From NCBI GenBank assembly GCA_023920165.1, contig CP089276.1:2542001-2606000 (forward strand): a stretch of DNA of 64,000 nucleotides, given 5' to 3'. Below, piece by piece: positions 12,194-25,730 of this stretch; the first letter of the stretch is position 1, and each line of letters opens with the position of its first letter. Source of the stretch: Curvularia clavata (lineage: Eukaryota). Below the pieces are notes generated by a model. The model did no database searches. It saw only the letters and a list, made by a program, of their open reading frames with translations, and was not told the origin of the DNA. The position numbers and the translations under genes were made by a program.

Positions 12194-12893
12194 CTTGGCC
12201 ATGCATACGGAGTATCCGTGAACATGCTCCTCGACTGAGATTAAATCCCCAACCAATGGCAGAAACTTTGCCAAGGAACTGCCTGAAACTTCTGATGGTG
12301 GTTGCAAACAGGGCCGAGGGCGGGCGTATTACATGTGCAGGTGGCAGACGACCACCTGGTCGGGGCGAGGCATATTTTGCTTGCAGCCAGTGCGGGCAAG
12401 GCATCGCACGTTTACAGTTGCATTGCTCGGACGAGTCTCCAGGCTCGGGATAGGGTCCAATGCCTGGTGTAGCCACGGTGGTTCGGTGAGGTCCGTTGCA
12501 ATGTAGTCAAGAGCCAGTCAGCGCTGCCGGTCTTGTCGGTGGTGTTAATGGATGGACGCACGTGGGGGAACAGTTGGAGGACAACCTCGAGGCCGGGGCA
12601 GCCGATGTGAGCAGTGAGACGTCTCGAGGCCTGTAACGAAGACACGTTCTGAGATGAAATGGTCTGATTGGCCAATTCCTCTAGTCCCAGCTACACTCCG
12701 CCAGATGGCCAAGAAATCCGCCAAGGCCCCGCCAAGGCCCACTCAAGCCGTCGAGGAAGCATTGGCATCGGCTTGATGTCTCTTTGCTATCAGCTCCTAC
12801 CAAATAGGCCTTTGATGCCTTCCACCTTGCCTTTGTGCTGCCAATGAAATAACTGTGTTGGGTACACGTTCTCTTGGCAGGCGCTCTCACGTT
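12194..12893 (+). promoter_or_regulatory. PHO89 promoter: Pho4/NUC-1-type CACGTK boxes and PacC-type GCCAAG sites
   Basis: CACGTG at 12559; CACGTT at 12407, 12643, 12865, 12888. GCCAAG at 12270, 12708, 12720, 12731 and on the reverse strand at 12194, 12873. Confidence 0.7.
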
Positions 12894-13139
12894 GCGCCTT
12901 TTGAGTGGCTGCACAGCGGCACTGCCAGCTACCTGGATTAGAATGTCATCCCGTGGGCATAGTTTGTCTGTTGGAATGCCTGGATTTGGAGGGCCGAATA
13001 CGGGCTAGAAGCACCGCACATGGCTTAAATTGGGAGGTATACAATATATATACGTCTAACGCATTCCTTCACTGGCTTGTCATCCCAGCTCCCTTCACTC
13101 TTCCAGAGCACACCTTGTCCCAGGAGAGGATCAGTCAAG

Positions 13140-15030
13140 ATGCCGCGTCTCACGCAGTACAACTATGTCTTCGCCATTGGCACCTTCTTTGCCATGTTGG
13201 ATGCCTACAACAACGGTGCCAGTACGTACCAAGCCCCTGGGTCGACCCAAGTAACACACTGCTAACCAGTTGAAGACGATGTCGCCAACGCATGGGCTAC
13301 TTCCGTCTCTTCACGCTCCGTCTCGTACCGCCAAGCCATGATTCTCGGCACCATCTTCGAGATGGTGGGTGCTATCACCGTCGGTGCCCGTACTGCCGAA
13401 ACCATCAAGAACGGCATCATCCCTACCTCTGCCTTCAAGGGGGATGCCGGTGTCCAAATGCTGGCCTTCACCTGTGCCCTCGCTGGTGCATCACTCTGGG
13501 TCATGTGGTGCACAAAGCACTCCGCTCACGTCTCCTCGTCATACTCGCTCATTTCCTCAGTTGCTGGTGTTGGTGTCGCAGTTGCCGGAGCGTCTGAAGT
13601 CCAGTGGGGCTGGAACAAGGGCAAAGGTCTTGGAGCTATCTTCGCCGGTCTTGGAATGGCTCCTATTGCCTCTGCATGCTTCGGTGCCATCATCTTCATG
13701 TTGATCAAGCTGACTGTCCATATCCGCAAAAACCCTATCCCATGGGCTATCTGGACCGCGCCCTTCTTCTTCCTGGTTGCCGGAACCATCTGTACCCTCT
13801 CAGTTGTCTACAAGGGATCGCCCAAGCTTGGTCTGAACAAGAAGCCAGCGTGGTATGTCGCTACCGTCACTATGTCCTGTGGTGTCGGCCTTGCCGTTCT
13901 GTCCTTCATCTTCTTTGTTCCCTACTTGCACGCCAAGGTCGTCAAGCGTGACGCCAACGTGCGCTGGTACCATGTCTTCCAAGGTCCCCTTCTCTTCAAG
14001 CGTCCCGCTCAAGACAATGCCGACGCTGCCGTCGTCCCCGACTACGCTGTTGTGCAGGATGATGATCAGATCACACTCGAGAACAACAACAGCGACTCTG
14101 AGGTCGGCACTGCTACTGGAGCTGAGAAGGGCACTGTCGTTGAGGAACAGCGTCAGCTTACCTACAAGGAGCTTGTCGAACAAGGCCAAGAGCGCTTCCA
14201 CGCCAAACTCAGGACCAAGCGTGGTCCTCTCGGTTGGGCTATGCGTTACCTGCACGAGAACAAGATCGAAAGCGGCGAAATCTACGAGAAGAAGAACATG
14301 CTCATCACCTTGAAGCGCATCCCGGCTATGATCATGGTTGGCTGTCTTTATGGTATCAACTATGATATTCACGCTGCTCAAACTGGTATCCACGGTACCC
14401 CCGAAGGAAAGCGCATGGAGCGTGTCTACAGCCACGCCAAGAAGTACCCCAACGAAGTCGAGCACACCTACTCTTTCGTCCAGGTTCTCACTGCTTGCAC
14501 TGCGTCCTTCGCTCACGGTGCCAATGATATCGGTAACGCTGTCGGTCCCTGGGCTGTCATCTACAGTGCCTGGAACACTGGCGAGGCTTCCAAGTCCAAA
14601 GCACCTGTTCCTCTCTGGCAGCTTGCTGTTCTTTCCGCGACCTTGTCTCTTGGTCTCATTACTTACGGCTACAACATCATGAAGGTCATGGGTAACAAGA
14701 TCACTTACCACTCGCCTAGCAGAGGTACGATAATTTGACCCCTGACATCTCTCATCTCACCTGTACTGACTTGTAATAGGTTGCTCCATGGAAATGGGTG
14801 CTGCGCTGACTGTTCTCATCTTCTCACAATACTCCCTTCCTGTTTCGACCTCCATGTGCATTACTGGAGCCACCGTGGGTGTTGGTCTCTGCAACGGTAC
14901 TTTCAAGGCTGTCAACTGGCAGCGAGTAGCTCTCTTGGTCTTCTCTTGGATCATGACCATCCCCATTGCTGGCACCATTGGTGGCCTTTCTATGGGTATC
15001 GTCCTCAATGCCCCTCACTTCAAATCTTAA
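13140..15030 (+). CDS. PHO89: Phosphate-repressible Na+/phosphate symporter (PiT family; Pho89 / N. crassa PHO-4 like)
   Basis: Both PiT signatures (NGANDVANAWATSV; SFAHGANDIGNAVGP) and LPVSTSMCITGA. Introns 13222-13276 and ~14725-14779. Strong codon bias. Confidence 0.95.
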
Positions 15031-15729
15031 GTCACTCAGGTTGCTGTCATTGTACATTAGAACGGAACCCTTCTGCTATATCACCCTCTTATAGAAATTG
15101 CACCCACGACTAGCGTTTAATTAAAATTCTAAAACGTGCGAGATGTTCATAATGGTGTACATTGATCATGCAGTGCGCAATAAATAGTCTGAATGGCAAC
15201 ATCACGATCAGCTTAATGCCACTCGGTTGGCCCCTAAATGTCGTCTCCATAGCTATGATCACCGTTTGTCTTTACTTTAATCCTTTCATCTGCCTTTATG
15301 ATTGCAAATCAGACTAGCCTACTTCCGTCGCCTCTTGAACAGTTTCTCCAGTTTTTTCGTAACGTCGGTACACTGCTGTGTATTCATTGCAAGGCACCTG
15401 GTGAACAAACATGGCCGGACTCTACATTACCTTGTACTTCACGTTAGCCCATAGTACACCCATTTTTTATCCAAATCCGTTACATCATATATGATACTTT
15501 AGAATACTAAGAAGAGATTACGAGATATTCTCTGAATATTTTCTATAATAAAGTTTTAGGCCTGTTATATCGGGATGTTTTTGACTACCTTAGTAGGTGT
15601 TGACCCATATTGAGTCGTGCCATTATGTCCACCAGGACCTAGCGCTACGCTAGGGCCATAAGGTGGCGAGTGTCGAAATGCCTGCTTTCCAGAAACACGA
15701 GACGCTATCTTTGCATCTTCACTAGACCG

Positions 15730-17738
15730 ATGAGTTATCAGTGTTCCATTTGCGACAAGTCGTATACTACAGCAAGCCACCTGGCCCGGCACGCCATCTT
15801 GCGTAAGTAGTTTGCCCAGACATTGTGTTGCCCTAAGAAACTGACGAAATCAATCAGATCGACCAGATCGACCTTTTAGTTGTCCATTCTGCCGGAATAC
15901 CTACGTGCGACAGTTTGTTAATCATTGCCTGTCAACCAAAGATGATGCTGACATGTTCGCAGGGATGTTGCGCGTCGTCACTCGGGAAAATGTGCGAAGC
16001 GTCAGGGTCAGCCTGTACCCAAATCGCAAGGCCGCGGACAGCCCAGAAAGGCCTGCGAAAGATGTTCAGGTGCCAAGGTTGCGTGTGATGGGAGCACACC
16101 ATGCGGTTCCTGCGTGAGATTAGCAGCGCCATGCTCGTACAGCCGGTTAGCAGTTGGGTCCGAAACACCACCACTTGACATGACCAGCAGCGACACACAC
16201 CAGCCCCCAGCCCTAAGCAACGCTGCCAGAAGAACGAGGGCTGCTAGCAGATTTCCATTCTTACTCAGCTACACGGCAGCTGAAACCGGAGAGCCGAGCG
16301 AGTTCGCAAAGGCCCTGGAAACACTCAGAAGTAACTCCGAGAACGCAGCTCCGCAGAATGAATTTCGTGTTGGCGATGAGCCTATCCACTCTTTTCCAGG
16401 GTTTACACGACTGTTCGCAGCAGATTTTTTCCAGCTGGATGCACCACAAGGGTCTTCAAGTCTGCTAGAGTTCCTCCCACAACCTACACCAGACTCTGAT
16501 GCCCACGAAGATGTCCTTCGCTCTCGCGTGTCTGACCTTGTTGTCTTGCTCAAGCAAGGTACTAGATCCTCATTGTTCCATGACGTCATCATCAATCTTT
16601 TGACCCCTACCAATCTGGGACTGTGCATAGAGAACTTCTTCCAATATGCATACCGACATGTACCAATCGTACACAAGCCGTCTTTTGTTGTTGCCAACGC
16701 AGAGAGTTCACTTCTCTTATCGGTCTTTGTCGTAGGTGCCATCTGGTCATACCCTCGGGATACGTACTTTATGGTCCTTGACGTTATTGAGCTTGTGGAA
16801 CAATGTATCTTTGAGAGCTCGCTTTTCATAAGCTTGCGTGGCCCAACAAGAAGCAGTCTTAATCCACACTCACCAGGTGTTTTATCTCTTCTCCAGGCTG
16901 CAACTATGATAGTATCAATCAGCCTTGCCCTTCCTAATGCAGATCATCGACAGCGCTTTCGAAGCCAGAGGTTCACCGACTTGGTATCAGCGACGCGATT
17001 GCTGAGAGCTGGAGCCGAGAAGACCAGCCATACATGGACCAATATTAACTTCGAGTGGACCGAATATATCATAAGTGAGTCTTGCAGTCGGTAAGTGCTT
17101 TGCATCGTGGTTGATTGCCCACAGCTGATTTATATGAAAGAGTGGTGTACTATGTCTATTTGCTTGACTGCCACATTTCTACAATTTACGCTGTACTTCC
17201 ACGTGTTTCAGTTCTAGAGATGCAGGCTTCTCTGCCTTCGAACGAATCCACCTTCGGCGCTGAAAACGCTGAAATTTGCCAAGAGCGACTGTCGAGCGAT
17301 CTTGCGGCTCCGCAGTACAGCCTGGTCAATCTAGTTCAGAAACTCATGGCAGTCGAATCTACGGGCCTGGAGCTGTGTAGACTAACTGCATTTCCGTTAT
17401 TTCTGACTATAGAAGGTAAATTAATCTGGCTTTTTGTAAGACTACTTGATTGACTTACTTTAATAGCTTTACAAACTATGATTTTCACAGCAAAGACTCA
17501 GCTACTGGACACTTTCCAGCCAGTCTGCTTCGAGCGGGCTTTGAAACGCTGGAAAGCACTCTGGGACAACTGCCAAGATATCCAGACATTGTCAAAAGAG
17601 GTCGGTTTTATGGTTCATGCGGAGGAGGTCTGGCTGCTGGCGCAAAAGGTTTTAAAGTCAGATGCATCAAGGCTGATATCACGATTTGGAGTCAATGATA
17701 TGGCCCAAGTCAGGCAATGGTTGACTGAGCTTGATTGA
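15730..17738 (+). CDS. Transcription factor with 2 C2H2/C2HC fingers + Zn2Cys6 cluster + fungal TF domain
   Basis: Spliced translation: YQCSICDKSYTTASHLARHAILH, PFSCPFCRNTYVRQDVARRHSGKC, KACERCSGAKVACDGSTPCGSCVRLAAPC; then HVPIVHKPSF. The N-terminal exons are missed by the ORF track. Confidence 0.85.
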
Positions 17739-18026
17739 GAGATTGGTGGTGCATAATTTCGTTAAGAAGGAATGACCAGGACATACTGCGGCCAATCTGA
17801 CTGACTATCGACGGTCAAAGCTGGGCCCGACAAAGGTTGTACGCCGGAGAAAACCCACTTCAAAGGAACCGTTCGGAGAAAACCCACAGACGCATACTGC
17901 AAGCTTACTGGCTACTACACACTAGTTACACCAATCGAGTTAGCGTCTTGACCATTTGTCTAGTAAACCTCTAGGTTATTGCATTGTCATGTGTCGACAG
18001 GTTTGGACATGTTAGATACGTCCACC

Positions 18027-18805
18027 ATGCTTCGTTCGACGATACGGCCAGGTAAGCCTGATCTTGGAGCCAACTCGTTGCTTTACTGACATCTTCGCAG
18101 TCTCCCTAGCGCAGCTTGCGCACCTAAAACGCATGTTTCCCATAAAAGTTTCGCAAAGCTCTCGCGCAATGTATCCACTATCAATGCCATTTGATCATCT
18201 AGTAAAAGACTCACGTTCAATATCGATGGAACGGAATTCACCTACGTCTCTATCCAAGGAAAGAAAAGCTACCGATGTCGTACAATACGCTTTGTAAGGG
18301 ATTGAACATAAACTTCCGTGTGTGAGGTCACTGACAATTGGGCTTGAATTGCAGGACATCACTTGACGCCATTGTCAACTGGGCACGTCAATCCTCCCTT
18401 TGGCCCTTGAGCTTCGGCCTTGCTTGCTGCAGTATAGAGATGATGCATGTCTCCATGCCGCGATACGACCAAGACCGCCTGGGCATAATCTTCCGCGCAT
18501 CGCCACGACAAGCAGATGTTATGATCGTTGCAGGTACCCTTACCAACAAGATGGCACCGGCTCTGCGCATGTGCTACGATCAAATGCCAGATCCAAAGTG
18601 GGTAATCAGTATGGGAAGTTGCGCAAACAGTGGCGGATATTATCATTACAGTTACTCTGTGGTTCGAGGCGTGGACCGCATTGTTCCGGTTGATATTTAT
18701 GTGCCGGGCTGTCCTCCGACGGCGGAGGCTCTACTATATGGAGTGTTTCAGCTACAAAAGAAGATGAGAAAAACAAAGATTACCCGCATGTGGTATCGAA
18801 AATGA
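18027..18805 (+). CDS. NDUFS7: NADH:ubiquinone oxidoreductase PSST/20-kDa subunit (NuoB/NDUFS7 family), divergent copy
   Basis: [27 protein letters not shown] (N2 cluster ligands). Arg/Ser-rich presequence. Introns 18052-18100 and ~18294-18354. Confidence 0.93.
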
Positions 18806-19882
18806 GAGTGCTGATTTCTTCTTGCTCTAGTATTTTAGTAAAAGATAAGGTTCACAATATCATACTAAGTTTTATACGTATGAACGTGCGAAAGAAAGAA
18901 GAAATCGAACCCTTCTATGTGATTGCCGTTACAAGACTTCTGGTGTGGTGACTCTTTATCGGCATCTTAAGGGACGATCAAGCTATGGAGGCCAAGGGAG
19001 GTGACCTTCCAAATATATCTGATGTTAACGTGACAGTGGAAGCAAGAAAGACTTCAGCTTTGCGCAAATAGATGCTAAAAGAAGTGGCAAAGGCGTGCGG
19101 GAAGTCACAAGACAGGTGAAGGCACTGGCGTGATACGCGCTTCAAGTAGCACCGGGACGGCCCATTCCCGGATTCCGATCGCGACTGCCACCGCCCTCTC
19201 CGCCCGGTGTACGTCAGCACCCGACGTCTCTACGAGTGTATGCGATTATTCGGGGCACTGTGCTCTCAACCATGATGCGACGGCTTCTCACCTCTTCAGT
19301 AGCCCCGCGCCCGGAATGGACGGCATCTGGAGAATAAGGCCGAGCTTTAGCCGTGGTCTAGCAGTGGAATTGTACTCGTAACGTGTCGGCTTCGGTTCAT
19401 CAAATTCCCGTAAACACTATCCTTAATACCTACCAATGGTAAAAGCGAACGTTTGCTTCTACCCCTGATGATTTTCTTGCAGGGTCCGTTTTTATCCGGT
19501 TCTCTAGTCTGTTTGTAGACTTTTGTTCATGGATTAGGACTGGTCCCACGCGAGATTTGGAGGTTTGACTCAGTACTAGATGGGAGCACCAGTGACTACT
19601 GAAGATCGAGTACCTATGCAAATCTTATACAACCTTGAAATCCTACGAGATCATCCTGATATGCTGTTCCCCTTTAGTCTTCTACCCTGACGCACCTGCC
19701 CTGCATGTACTTGATAACAACCACAAATGCATCCCTCCCAGGGGAAAGATTGTAGTATAAGAGCAAGAGATCTCTCTTAAAGACTTGTGCAGAATCGTCA
19801 CAGTGAATTCGAGATCACACCATCTTTCACATATTTTATCGCTCGAAGATCATTATTCTTTTTCCTCTCTCAACGCAGAACA

Positions 19883-21777
19883 ATGAAGGACTCTCTCGTG
19901 GAAAGATACGCTGAGGAACGCCAGAAGCGCCTCCGCCGTGATGGAAATGCCCAATATGTCGACTTGCATTCCACCGACTTACAAGACCTTGCAGAAGATC
20001 CATGGGCAGACTATGAGGCTATAGCGAAGACAGATGGCCCGCTTCATGACGGCGACAATATCAGATTCTTGATCACCGGCGCAGGTCACAATGGTATTCT
20101 CTTTGCCGCTCGCTTGATCGATGCCGGTTTTAGCCCCAAGGATATCGTCCTCGTCGATGTTGCCGGCGGCTATGGGGGTACTTGGTACTGGAACCGCTAC
20201 CCTGGGCTGATGTGCGATGTTGAAGGATACTGTTACCTGCCTTTGCTGGAGGAGACAGGCTACATACCCAAGCACAAGTACTCGTACGGTGCTGAGATAC
20301 GGCACAACGCTAACTTGATTGCGGCTCGTTATGGGTTCCAGGGAATGTTCTGCACCAAAGTTGACAATTATGTTTGGGACGATGCAAAGGGCTGCTGGAT
20401 CGTCAAGTTGACTCAGTCATTGGGTCGTGTCCGTCCACCTACAGAACTCACTGTGAAAGCCAAGTATGTCTTCATCGCCGGAGGCATACTTGACACCCCT
20501 AAGGTCCCCAATGTACCAGGGTTCACTGAGTTTCGTAAAAATCGACAGGTATTTCACACTTCTCGATGGGATTACACAGTCACCGGCGGCAGTCAAGAGC
20601 AACCTGCCATGACCAAACTCCAAAACAAGACTGTCGCCATCGTAGGCACTGGAGTAACATCCGTTCAAGCTGTACCTGAACTTGCAAAGTGGGCGAAGCA
20701 TCTATACGTCGTGCAACGAACGCCCTCGTACTGTGGAGAACGCGCACAGAAACCCACGACTGCGGAAGATTGGGCAAAGGTAGCGGACGGGCCCGGCTGG
20801 CAAGCCAGGAGATGCGCGAACCTCAACAGCTTCATCAGTGCCGAACCGGAGCCTATCGACCTTGTCAATGATGGCTGGTCCCACAATCAAGCCCGCGCGG
20901 GTCTGATAGGAGGGAACCCCGGGCCCGTCGACCTTGGCAAGCCAGATAAACACATCAACAGACTGCTTGAGATGGATCGTCCCATCGCAGAAGAACTTCG
21001 TGCTCGTGTCGACAAAGTTGTTAAAGATGCAGACGTGGCTGAGAAACTGAAACCTTGGTATCCCGGGTGGTGCAAGAGACCCACCTTCAATGACGACTAC
21101 CTCGAGACTTTCAATCGCAGCAACGTCACTCTGCTAGACACAGACGGTAAAGGAATCGAACGCTTCACGGAGCGAGGTGTCCTGGTTGGTGGACAGGAAA
21201 TTGAAGTTGATGTATTGGTCCTGGGCACGGGCTTTTTGTTAAGTACCCTGCTTACTCCGAGTGATCGTCTAGGCGCTCCCATCTTGGGGCGCGGTAGTCG
21301 GAATATCGACGACAAATGGCTCGGTTCCGACACGGGCACTTTGTTTGGGATTGCCATGCACGGTTTTCCAAATATGTTTGGTTTTTTCAGCTCTGGCGGG
21401 GGCGGTTCGTATAACCAAACATCCATGTACGACGTTGTCGCTAGTTTGACAGCCTACGTCGTCGCCGAGGCGTCACGACAGTCATCTGACCCAGAAAAGC
21501 TTGTCATAGAGCCGTCAGCAGACGGTGAAGAAAAATGGACTTCTGAAGTTGCAAAGAGGGCAGCATGGTATTCGGCTTTGACCATATGCACTCCCTCATA
21601 CTTCACAATGGAGGGAAAGGCAACAACTGCGCCCACATCACCCGAAGAAGCTATTTTGAAGGCCAAGAACGCTTCGTGGGGAGGGGGCCATACAGCTTCA
21701 CTCGCATTGTTGAGGATTATATGAGAAGGACCGAAAACAAGCTCGAGGGTTTCTTAGTTCGGGAAGTTAGTGCATAG
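19883..21777 (+). CDS. Baeyer-Villiger monooxygenase with an apparent 1-nt frameshift near the C-terminus
   Basis: ERYAEERQKRLR, GAGHNG, GGTWYWNRYPGLMCD, FHTSRW, GTGVTS, CKRPTFND. A homolog-like tail (GPYSFTRIVEDY...LEGF) lies in another frame after the G-rich tract at ~21678-21688. Confidence 0.85.
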
Positions 21778-22287
21778 GCCAGCTATAAGGGACTCAAAAC
21801 TGATCTTAGACTGTTCTCTACCTTAGCTACTTCATCGACAACATTTTGTTTAGGATCAATGTAGAAAGTGATAGGACGGAAAGGTTTGACACTAAGCATT
21901 GTGAGAACATAGGCCTAAGCTAGCTAGCAATGTCGATGGACGACATCCTTTAGCTAAAGCTAAGCTACTCATTTGAGAAACAAAAACAAATGAAAGACGG
22001 GCATAGCGCACAAGAAACTTCGCAACACACGTCATTCTCGGCCATTCTATGATAGCTCAATGTAAAAATACCTAAATCTTCGTGGAAAAAAAGTTTCATC
22101 ATATCCCTATTTTATTCACTCAGAACAACGAGATCTTGTATGAATGGCATGCTATGACGATTATGAATATGGCCTAATGGTATTTCGATATGTATGGATT
22201 TCCAACACTAGATTTTATATAGAGATCTATTAGTTGATACAGGAGTGTCGCTCACTCAAAGGACGAAATAGTAGGATTCAACAGACT

Positions 22288-23901
22288 CTATTTCAGCCCC
22301 ATTTCAATATTCTCGTACATTGTCCCCTTTTTGATGGGACGGGATATCCCTGTATTCGAGGAGATGAAGCTTGGTTTACTTGGCTGACTAGGCTGGTCAA
22401 AGTTGTACCAGATACCAACAATACGTTTGCCTAGTATATGGATCTGGGGGAAGCAAGTTATTGCGATACTCAAAAAGGCCTCGATCGCACACCATTTCAC
22501 GACCCGAACGTTGGACCCTACAAGCATGCACGTCAGCAAGAACCTAATTATAATAGAATAATACCTACATGTTCTGTTGTAACTAAAATCAAACCTTAGA
22601 AGTATGACGAGTCTTACAATTCCAATACCCGTGATCCTGTGGTTCTTTAGTAAGCAAAATGAGGAGCTAATAGAAAGCAGTCGCAAAGTTGAGACATACA
22701 GGGAACCGAAGCAGAAAACAAACATCAATCCTAATTTTCTTCGCAATCTCAATTCCAGGGACAAGAGTTTAGGTATTGGTAACACCATGATAACGCCATC
22801 CAAAATGACATTCGTGATAGAAAATGCCCAATTGAGATTGTCGCGCTCCACGTCACATGTTGCTCCTGGTGGTTGTTCAATTAAATCTCCCTGCCATTGT
22901 TCCCAGAGAAAGGCGATTGGGAGGCATTGTAAGAGATGTGCCAGGAATATCGAAACCATCAAGCATATGCATGCAGCAAGGAACAGATATGTCACGGCTC
23001 TAATCTGCCCAATTGGGAATATTCGAAGATAGAAAGTGAGGACGGTTATCTTGGTTAGGAAGGTGATAACGACGTAGCCAAGCTCCTCGAAAGTGAAATA
23101 CTGTTTGGATCAACAAAGAACGTCGGTAGATTTAAGGAATCACATACCATGATAACATCCGTAACTTTTTTAGGGCTAAGCAGCCAGCAGTCTTGCCCAA
23201 AACCAGAGTCTATAGCCAAGAGGATGACGGCAAGGTAGCCCCCGCCCACTAACTATTTCCTTATCAGTATTGCATCGCCAAGCGTACGACTACGTTTAAC
23301 GAACCACAAGAACCGCCACAAGCCAGTCATCGGCACCCCATTTGATAGAGAACGGGGGCAAGCGTGTGATGAATCGTAGAATCACCGCCAGCAAAGCGAC
23401 AGCAGCAACAGCGATCATCTGTCTCTTAAGTTCGGGACCTGCATTTCGAATAGGACTATTACAGGTGCTATGGTATAGGTAGAGACCATCTAGTGCTTGC
23501 GTCAGCACTTTTTTATTGTCGAAAAGAAAACCCGGAACTGGACCAACCATAGTAATCAAGGACAGGACAATACGATGCTAGACATGTATCCAGGCCCGCT
23601 TCTATATACGGGACTGCGCAGAAGCAGGCAGTGTCAAGAGGGCCGCATCCTGATGCTTCCAGATGTGCGAGAGTGCATGCTTTCTGAATGTACAGCCTAT
23701 TAGCGTTCAGTCGATATGGCACATGTCTGACATAGAGATTCCTTGCAATCAAAGTTTGCCAAGTGAACTTACAGAGCATTGAGGAATTTCATCGAAGATC
23801 CCGCCAACAGTCACATTTAAAAACCAATGGCTTCCTGGGTCTTGCGCACATACACTGATCATCCAACTTGCCAAGGCGACGAGAGATGCAAGTCGCACCA
23901 T
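22288..23901 (-). CDS. CFEM-domain PTH11-like GPCR / rhodopsin-domain membrane protein (multi-exon)
   Basis: Signal peptide MVRLASLVALASWMISVCAQ. CFEM cysteines IPQCS|..C..SGCGPLDTACFC..C...C. Also VILRF, WGADDW, GFGQDCW, QCLPI, NVILDGVIMVLPIP and WCAIE. Confidence 0.85.
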
Positions 23902-25730
23902 TTTTCTCAATATTCAAAGAGACTACGCACGATGCAAATGGTACAGATGCTCTGACGCTTTCAAGTAGGCGACAGCTCATACTAGATAGGAAACATGAAA
24001 GTCCTAGTATCTGATACAGGTTAAAAAAAATGGGGATCAACACTATGCAGTGTGGGATTGGCGTTGGGGTCTTTTATCGTTTAGGGTAGCGCTTAGCCAG
24101 GAGAGCCGACTCACTAAAATTAATGCGAGATAAACACGCGTAGCCCATGTCAAGTGTCAACCTAGCGGCCGCGCAGTTTTCAAACAAGCGATCATCCAAG
24201 CCCTTTATGCACATAAGTAATAAAGGCTAGTCCTTGTTGGGCGGCTGCGCACGCGAGTGAACTTTTGCCATTTCCTTCCCCTTCTCACTAAACCAAGCAA
24301 ACAGACAATTAGCAAGGCGTCGTCAAGAAGCTTCTCGTGCACATCGGGCGTTGTCAGCCTAATGTCATCTGCTCACTTGTAGCGAGGCGTTTTAAAATTT
24401 TGTGGCTTTCAGACGAGGGCACTTTCGCCAAGCTAAGACTTTCATCACCTATCCGCTTCTATCTCAGTGGCAGGGCGGGTTGGTGAACGCTGCAGGGGAC
24501 TCTACATTAGCCTTGCCATGAGGCGAATGTGCGCCACATGTATCCATTGTCCGCGATCAGCCATTCGACGTTTGATTTTAGCACAAACCTTATATCTTTG
24601 GTCTAATTGGACGTGTGCAGTCAGCCTCCTTTGTATTAAACAATGCATTTCAGTTTCTGATTGAGGCAAACCATACGTATTTGTTGCATGTTCTCAGCAA
24701 AGCTTCGATGATGTGTTGCACCTTTGTTTTTTCCGTAATTGAGCCCCACTTAAGTTCAAGTTCTCTATGGTCTTTATCGCGGAACACAAAACAAACATGC
24801 ATGCTGATTGTTTCAGGATTCCGCTGCCATGAATCGTCCATCAAGACAAACTTGTCAGACGTGGCGCCCGCAGTCTTAACAGCTGCTAGCGACCAGTCAC
24901 ATGTTTGGGAGGTCCAAAGCTGATACTAAAGCAGTCTTCTGCTAAATCTTTCTTCTTTCCGTATCGAAGTACCTTGTTGGGTATCACTGTCGAAGATTAG
25001 ACGCACGAACCGCTAGTAGGGTACCTAGCCGTACTGTCGGGAGGTCCGTATGGAAGGATCGCTTCGATTGCGCCATACTGTACGTACCGTCACAATAAGC
25101 ATAGCAACTTCCTGTCGGTGGGGTTATAGTGTCTTATATCGGTTACGACTTGGTTCATGGAGTCGAAATAGAAGAAATGGCTCTATAGATGCGACTGACT
25201 GTTCGTCAGAGTCATTACAGCCTCACTTGTAGACTTTGAGTTTCAATGCATAGTCCACGGATACTACAACACGATTGTTTCTAGTAGTCAAGATGCTGAT
25301 TAAGGAACAGTATGGAGTTGAGCATCGAAACAAGCTGGCTCCTCATCACTAACTTGGGGAAAGCGATGTCATCATCCTGAAAGTATGAGCAAAGGCTGGG
25401 GCGCCTGGCTGGACGATATGTTGACTAAAATGCATCGTCATCATGCCAGGTAACGGAAAGGTTAGGATTCTCTAGGGTCGCCGGGTTCATTAATGTATTG
25501 TGCACTGGAAATCATTTTCTGTGACCGAGAAATGATGAGCCGATATTAAATAGCAGAACTTGTTCGGTATATAGAAGCTTCCAAAACATGAGGCTATTAG
25601 TCAAAGAAGCTACAATATGAGGTTCAAAGTATTGTGTTGCGGACATGTGGGATATCGTACCTCCCAAGGATTTCTTGTCAGGATAGATCCATCGGTAACT
25701 CTAACCATCGTGTTATCTTGAGATAGACTA

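Noticed and set aside
13800..14711. 303-aa antisense ORF
   Set aside because: Shadow of the strongly codon-biased PHO89 CDS.
15730..23901. Secondary-metabolite cluster with PSST as a self-resistance gene
   Set aside because: No PKS, NRPS or terpene backbone gene anywhere in the window, so a biosynthetic cluster is unsupported.
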